From Acidimicrobiia bacterium (GTDB taxonomy: Bacteria > Actinomycetota > Acidimicrobiia > IMCC26256 > JAENVU01): a DNA stretch of 64,000 nucleotides. The notes below the pieces were generated by a model. That model saw only the letters and a program-made list of their open reading frames with translations, searched no databases and was not told the DNA's origin. The position numbers and the translations under genes are program-made. The stretch lies in NCBI GenBank assembly GCA_038252255.1, contig JBBSAM010000021.1, forward strand, positions 10,293-74,292, written 5' to 3'. Positions 58,685 through 64,000 of the stretch are shown here, piece after piece (the stretch's first letter is position 1; the number at the start of each line of letters is the position of its first letter).

Positions 58685-59413
58685 TCAGGGAAGCTGCGTG
58701 TCGACCCAGCGCTGGAGCGCGGGCCCACTCTCGAACGAGGAGATGAGCGCGTAGCGCGGAGCGTCACCGTTGTGCACGACGACGTGCCAGAGCCGTTGCG
58801 TGTCGACGACGAACTGCGCACCCCGGTGCAGGGGCACGCGCACTTCGGTCGCGGGGTCCGGGAGGCCGTCGGCGCCCGACTCCATCAGCAGCATGTAGCT
58901 GTCGGGGTTGTCGGTGAGCTCGAGCCAGGACCGCACGACCCAACCCTGATCATCGGGATTGAAGCGGTTGTTGTCGTCGCGATGGAAGCTCCGAAACGCG
59001 GTGTCGTGATCCTGGGGCTCGAGCTTGATCGTGCGGACACGCCCGAAATTCGCGCCGATCCGCTCGACGTACTCGCGGATCGTCGGGCACTTGGCCGCGT
59101 TGCTCGTGAAGGTCGCTCCCTTGTCCGGTCGCTCGTCGCCCTGGTTCCAGAAGCCGCGGCAGTCGAGCTCTCCGTCCGCCGTCGCGATCGGCGCGAAGTT
59201 CGTGTCGCCGCCGCTCTTCCAGTCCATGTACTCGAGGTCGAGGTACTCGTGCTCGGGCACCACGTAGCCGAGGTCACGCAGCTGCACGAAGCCGTGGGGC
59301 ACCAGCACGTCGAGACGGGGATGCGGGGTCTCGCTCGGGATCTCGACCGACCAGTGCTCCTGGTTGGGCCAGAACGCGGGTGAAGGGGAACCGACCGGGG
59401 AAGAAGTCGTCAT
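58685..59413 (-). CDS. Putative Fe(II)/2OG oxygenase-fold protein (Asp/Arg hydroxylase-like)
   Basis: HRD ... WH.V.H..D..RY.L facial-triad pattern. Confidence 0.6.
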   Translation of the reverse strand: MTTSSPVGSPSPAFWPNQEHWSVEIPSETPHPRLDVLVPHGFVQLRDLGYVVPEHEYLDLEYMDWKSGGDTNFAPIATADGELDCRGFWNQGDERPDKGATFTSNAAKCPTIREYVERIGANFGRVRTIKLEPQDHDTAFRSFHRDDNNRFNPDDQGWVVRSWLELTDNPDSYMLLMESGADGLPDPATEVRVPLHRGAQFVVDTQRLWHVVVHNGDAPRYALISSFESGPALQRWVDTQLP

Positions 59414-59491
59414 GCGGCCAGTGTAGGGACGGGTGCACCCTTGGTTGCGGGTTCGGAGCAACCGGCACCGGGCGTCTCCTAGGTTGTCGGC

Positions 59492-60568
59492 GTGGATCAG
59501 CTGAACGAGCTGGGCTTCTACGGTCTCGCCGGTCACTCCGCGACGCCGCGCGATCTCGTGACGGAAGTCTCACGGGCCGAGGAGATCGGTCTCGGCTCCG
59601 TCTTCATCTCCGAGCGGTTCAACACCTAGGACGCGCCGACGCTCAGCGGTGCCGCGGGCGCCGTCAGCTCGACGCTCGGTGTGGCGACTGCGGCCACGAA
59701 CCACAACACGCGTCACCTGCTCGTCAACGCGACGTTCGGTGTGACGATGCACCGCCTCACCGGCGGGCGCTTCACCCTCGGCTTCGGTCGCGGGTTCGAC
59801 ATGCTCTTCGACGTGATGAACGTGCCGCGCGTGACGATGGCCCAGCTCGAGGACACGATCGGGCTGCTCCGCCGCCTGTGGCACGGCGAGACGATCATGG
59901 GGCACGACGGTCCGGCCGGTCGTTACCCGTACCTCAGCCAGGATCCGACCTTTGCCGAGGACATCCCGATCCTGCTGACCGCGCTCGGCGAACGGACGCT
60001 CGAGTTCGCCGGCCGCGTCGCCGATGCAGTGGTGCTGCACACCTTCTTCACCGACGAGGCGCTGGCCCGGAGCGTCGCCGCGGTCCGGCGCGGCGCGGAG
60101 GAGGCGGGACGTGACCCTTCGCGCGTGAGGGTGTGGTCGGTCCTGGCAACGGTTGGCGACCACATCGACGAGGAGCTCCGGCTCAAGAAGCTCGTGGGTC
60201 GGTTGGCGACCTATCTCCAGGGCTACGGCGACCTGCTGGTGCGGGTGAACGGCTGGGACCCGGCGGTGCTCGCCACCTTCCGGGCCGACGAGCTGGTCTC
60301 CGCCTTCGGTGGCGCGCTCGATGCCACCGGTACACCCGACCAGCTGCAGCACGTCGCGACATTGCTGCCGAACGAGTGGCTGGCCGCATCGGCCACCGGG
60401 AGCCCGTCGGCGTGCGCGGCCCGGGTGTTGGACCAGTTCGATGCCGGGGCGGACGGCGTGATCCTCCACGGCGCGACGCCCGACGAGCTCGCGCCCGTCG
60501 TCGCCGCATACCGCACGCTGCGGCCGGCTGGTCGCTTCGAGCACCTCGCCGCCAACCCCGGCGCGTAG
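59492..60568 (+). pseudogene. F420-dependent LLM oxidoreductase (TIGR03857-like) interrupted by in-frame TAG at 59627
   Basis: GTG 59492 frame reads MDQLNELGFYGLAG...FISERFNT*DAPTLSGA then continues ATNHNTRH, LHTFF, YLQGYG. Confidence 0.8.
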
Positions 60569-60570
60569 AG

Positions 60571-61827
60571 ATGGCGACGGTCGGCGGATCCATGGCTCGC
60601 CGGAGGCGCGCGCGCCGGCGCGGTGCCGCGAAGTACGTCGCGGCGCTGGTTGGGGGTGCAATCTTCGCCGTGTCGATCGGTTTGGTAGCTTCAGCCGTCA
60701 ACCACGTCAACCTCGATGTCGACCTCGACATCATCGGCACGAACACTGCCGAGGCAGTCTTCTCCCCGGCCGTGATGGGGAAGTCGTCATTGTGGTCGAC
60801 GCGGACGGCGAGCTCCTTCGGGTCCGCGCCGGTTGTCGTCGACGCCCGCGTGTTCATACGAGACCGGACCGGTCATCTCCTGGCGTTCGACGCGCGGACG
60901 GGGGCGCCGCTCTGGAGCGCGAGTCTCGGTGTGGAGACCATACCGATCGCCGACTTCCCACCTGTCGTGGTCGACGGCGTCGTCTATGCGACCGGCTGGG
61001 ACCAGGCGGTTCACGCGCTCGACGCCGCGACCGGTGCGTCCCGGTGGTCCGCACCCGTCCCGGGCCTGGGCGGGTTCCCACTCGCCGTCAGCGGAGACGC
61101 GGTGTACGTCGATGCCGACGCTCTCACGGCGCTCGATCGGGCCAGCGGTGCATTGCGGTGGTCTGCTCCGGTCGGCAATGGGAGCGTTGCTGGCTACTCC
61201 CAGCCGGTCGTAGCCGGCGAGCTCGTCGTCGTGGGCGGGGGCGACGGGCGGGTTCATGCGTTCGACCGCGCCACTGGCGCGCCGCGCTGGGCCGCCGGGT
61301 TCACCCAACGGCACGACTTCGGAGCGGGTCCGAACGTCGTCGCGACGGATGGGCTCGTCTACGTCACCGGCACGGACACGGAGCTCAGCCCACTCGGGCC
61401 TCACCGCGCCGATGGGAGGCTCCGCGCGCTCGAGCTCGCGACCGGGCAACCGCGCTGGTCCCAGCCGATCAGGGGCGTGAACGAGTTCGGATCGAGCCCG
61501 ACGGTGAACGGCGGAACGGTCTTGGTACCCGGCGCCGAGCTGTACGCGTTCGACGCAACGACGGGCGCACGTCGGTGGACCGCTCGCAGTGGCGGCAGCA
61601 CCTTCTTCTCGTTCAACCCGCTCACCATCGCTGACGGCATCGCGTACTTGCCCGGCGGTGACGGCAGGCTGCATGCGATCGACGCCATCTCGGGTCGTCC
61701 GCTCTGGGTCGCGGGAGCTTTGGCACGACGTCACCGCAAACCGCCAATCCCCGTGCCACCCGCCGTCGTCGGCGGTGTGATGTATCTCGCTTCGGGAGAT
61801 CACCGCGTGTATGCCTACGGGCGGTGA
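60571..61827 (+). CDS. PQQ-like beta-propeller repeat membrane protein
   Basis: N-terminal TM; repeated ALDA.TG..RW blades. Confidence 0.88.
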   Translation: MATVGGSMARRRRARRRGAAKYVAALVGGAIFAVSIGLVASAVNHVNLDVDLDIIGTNTAEAVFSPAVMGKSSLWSTRTASSFGSAPVVVDARVFIRDRTGHLLAFDARTGAPLWSASLGVETIPIADFPPVVVDGVVYATGWDQAVHALDAATGASRWSAPVPGLGGFPLAVSGDAVYVDADALTALDRASGALRWSAPVGNGSVAGYSQPVVAGELVVVGGGDGRVHAFDRATGAPRWAAGFTQRHDFGAGPNVVATDGLVYVTGTDTELSPLGPHRADGRLRALELATGQPRWSQPIRGVNEFGSSPTVNGGTVLVPGAELYAFDATTGARRWTARSGGSTFFSFNPLTIADGIAYLPGGDGRLHAIDAISGRPLWVAGALARRHRKPPIPVPPAVVGGVMYLASGDHRVYAYGR

Positions 61828-62282
61828 CCGTCGTGCCATCAGTGCGTGCGGCGGTGCCGTCGGAGATGGGCGCGCTGGTGGAGCTGCAGCGGCGCTCGTC
61901 GTTGGTGTGGGAGGAGTACCGGGACTCGTTGCTCGCCCACCCCGAGGTGATCGAGGTGCCGGCGGGCGCGCTCGCGGCCGGTCAGGTGCGGGTCGCGGTG
62001 TCCGACGGAGTGATCGTGGGTTTCGCGACGGTGATGCCGGTGTCCGGGGGAGTCGGTGAGGTCGATGGCTTGTTCGTGGAGCCGGACCTCATGCGGGGCG
62101 GGATCGGCCGGCTGCTCGTGGAGGACGCGGTGGTGATCGCCTGCGACCACGGGCTGGCCCGGCTCGAGGTGACGGCGAATCCGCGCGCGCTCGGCTTCTA
62201 CGAGAAGGTCGGGTTCGTCGCGGTCGGTGAGGTCCCCACCCGGTTCGGCCCCGGCATCCGCATGCACCGCCGTCTCCGCTGA
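61824..62282 (+). CDS. GNAT N-acetyltransferase
   Basis: LFVEP..MRGGIG, ANPRALGFYEKVGF. Confidence 0.9.
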   Translation: MTVVPSVRAAVPSEMGALVELQRRSSLVWEEYRDSLLAHPEVIEVPAGALAAGQVRVAVSDGVIVGFATVMPVSGGVGEVDGLFVEPDLMRGGIGRLLVEDAVVIACDHGLARLEVTANPRALGFYEKVGFVAVGEVPTRFGPGIRMHRRLR

Positions 62283-62299
62283 GGAATGCCGGTTTTCGC

Positions 62300-62328
62300 T
62301 TGACAAGTCGAACGTATGTTCGTACACT
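62300..62328 (+). promoter_or_regulatory. SigA promoter with LexA box in the spacer
   Basis: TTGACA-N17-TACACT; TCGAAC-GTAT-GTTCGT at 62308..62323. Confidence 0.9.
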
Positions 62329-62396
62329 GAGCGGACTTCCTCCTCCACGGTTCTTCCCCCGTCCGTCGTGCTCGAGCTGAGGAACGGGGTCGTCTC

Positions 62397-63611
62397 GTGG
62401 TGGATGCGTTGAGGGAGCCGATCGAGTCGCTGCGCGCGGTGCTGGCGACGCTCGATCCGTCGGCGCTCGACGGATGCGACGCGAAGGCGATGGTGGAGCA
62501 GTCCGCCGAGCTGGAACGGCTCGCCGCCGCGCTGCGCACCTTGGCGGTGGGTCGGCTGGCCGAGACCGATGCCTGGACCTCGGATGGCGCCTTTCGTGAT
62601 GTCGCCGCGTGGATGGCTTCGAAGACTCAATCGACGGTTGGCCGGGCCCGGGCGACGGTCGAGACCGCAGCACGTCTCGTTGACCTGCCGGCGACCACGG
62701 CGGCCCTCCGTGCCGGCGGGCTGTCCGATGCACAAGTCGATGTGATCGCTGCCGCGGCCACAGCGGATCCCGACGCCGAGGTGGCCCTGCTGGAGTGCGC
62801 AGCGAGCAATGGTTTGAAGGGTCTGAAGGACGAGTGCGCTCGCGTCGAAGCCGCGGCCTCGACGGATCAGGCGGAGCGGTACCAGAGAGCTCGGGCGAAT
62901 CGATATCTCCGGCACCGCCGGATCTCGGACGTCGAGGGCCTGATCGAGATGCGCGGCCCGATCGACGCTACGACACGCGTGATGGCCGCTCTGGAGCCTT
63001 GTGAGGCGGAGCTGTTCAGGGACGCGCGCGCTGCGGGTCGCCGTGAGGAACCTGAGGCGCTGGCCTTTGATGCTGCGGTTCAGCTCGCCGACGACAGCGC
63101 TGCGCTCAAGTTCGCCGAGAGTCCGTCGCGGGCGCCGGCGACCTTGACGTTGCGCGTCGATCACTCGGCGTTCGACCGGGGCTACACCGTTCCGGGTGAG
63201 ACATGTGAGATTGCCGGTGTGGGACCCGTCCCGGTCTTCATCGCCCAGAAGCTCGCGGCCGACGCGATCTTCAAAGCCCTGATCGTGGATGGGACCGATG
63301 TTCGCGCCGTGAGTCACCTGGGCCGGACGATCCCGGCCAGGTTACGGACCGCCGTGACCGAGCAGTTCCCGGAGTGTGCGATCGCGGGCTGCCACGTGAA
63401 CCGACATCTCGAGATCGATCACAACACTCCGGTCAGCGAGCATGGTCTGACTGCGCTGTGGAACCTGTGCCGGCTGTGTCGCTTCCACCATGACCACAAG
63501 CACCGTTGGAACGAACGCGTCGAAGGCGAAGGCACGAACCGCGAGCTCGTCCCCGTTCACGGCCGACCCCCACCTGGTCGCGCGCGACTGCCCGAAAGAC
63601 AAGTCGCGTGA
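62397..63611 (+). CDS. DUF222 + HNH endonuclease (REP13E12-like)
   Basis: Helical DUF222 region, GVGPVP, C..GC..IDH...G.T..NL..LC.FHH..KH. Confidence 0.88.
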   Translation: MVDALREPIESLRAVLATLDPSALDGCDAKAMVEQSAELERLAAALRTLAVGRLAETDAWTSDGAFRDVAAWMASKTQSTVGRARATVETAARLVDLPATTAALRAGGLSDAQVDVIAAAATADPDAEVALLECAASNGLKGLKDECARVEAAASTDQAERYQRARANRYLRHRRISDVEGLIEMRGPIDATTRVMAALEPCEAELFRDARAAGRREEPEALAFDAAVQLADDSAALKFAESPSRAPATLTLRVDHSAFDRGYTVPGETCEIAGVGPVPVFIAQKLAADAIFKALIVDGTDVRAVSHLGRTIPARLRTAVTEQFPECAIAGCHVNRHLEIDHNTPVSEHGLTALWNLCRLCRFHHDHKHRWNERVEGEGTNRELVPVHGRPPPGRARLPERQVA

Positions 63612-63670
63612 CGGTTGTGCCGGCGCGCCCCCGACCGCGGAGCAGGCACGAGCATTCGAACGCAGCTGTA

Positions 63671-64000
63671 TCAGCCGCGCGGTTCGAGCCGGTAGTGAAG
63701 TCGGAGCGCCGGGACTCGCAACAGCTCCAACGCATGATCGGTCCGCAGTGCACCCTCGCGGTCGCAGTAGACCCGAAACACTTCTGCGAGTGGGATGCGC
63801 CGTGCCCACGCTTGGGAGTTGCCGTCACTGACGGTCAGGTACGCGCCGTCACCTCCGAACGCTCCCAACGGAGAGGCGAGGTTGAGCGAACCCTCCAGTC
63901 CGCTGTCGGGCCGGAGAAAGACGGTGACACTGCCGTTGGGCAGCGGGAACGCGACCTTGATGCTTGGCCGGGAGCTCCCGGGCAGCGTGGCCACGGTGTA
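63671..64000 (-). CDS. Hypothetical protein, C-terminal part (truncated by window edge)
   Basis: Open frame to the edge; KVAFPLPNG...DGAY...LRTDH..LHYRL. Confidence 0.6.
   Translation of the reverse strand, partial: YTVATLPGSSRPSIKVAFPLPNGSVTVFLRPDSGLEGSLNLASPLGAFGGDGAYLTVSDGNSQAWARRIPLAEVFRVYCDREGALRTDHALELLRVPALRLHYRLEPRG

Noticed and set aside
59627-59629. Genome-wide TAG reassignment
   Set aside because: Many intact genes here end in TAG at the expected C-terminus (e.g. 2336, 27005, 29431, 45238, 46756).

Overview
High-GC actinobacterial chromosome segment, most likely Acidimicrobiia-like. This is inferred from mycothiol enzymes, F420-dependent LLM/PPOX enzymes, actinobacterial LexA boxes and many apparently leaderless genes. 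About 65 CDSs, mostly housekeeping, lipid and redox functions: rnhB, nhaA, a split imuA'-imuB ... dnaE2 SOS mutasome, GNAT/acyl-CoA-synthetase (Pat), P-type ATPase, corA, VanW, acyl-CoA dehydrogenases, adenylate cyclase, mca, thiolase, WS/DGAT, a RecB-like nuclease, three tandem secreted GH16 paralogues, an MprAB-like two-component system facing an apbE operon, and an SOS-controlled DUF222/HNH gene. No rRNA, tRNA, CRISPR array or transposase/integrase was seen. Best leads: (1) an AbiEi/DUF559 nuclease gene bracketed by two 59-bp palindromic direct repeats (REP-like cassette), with solo palindromes of similar geometry elsewhere; (2) a signal-peptide-less ApbE coupled to a small disordered exported protein ending in a flavinylation-like motif, with mirrored regulator boxes upstream; (3) an unrecognised 2-Cys repeat domain and shared leader in the GH16 triplet; (4) candidate small RNAs near nhaA; (5) an in-frame amber codon in an otherwise intact F420 LLM gene. 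All calls come from reading motifs by eye; no searches were run.
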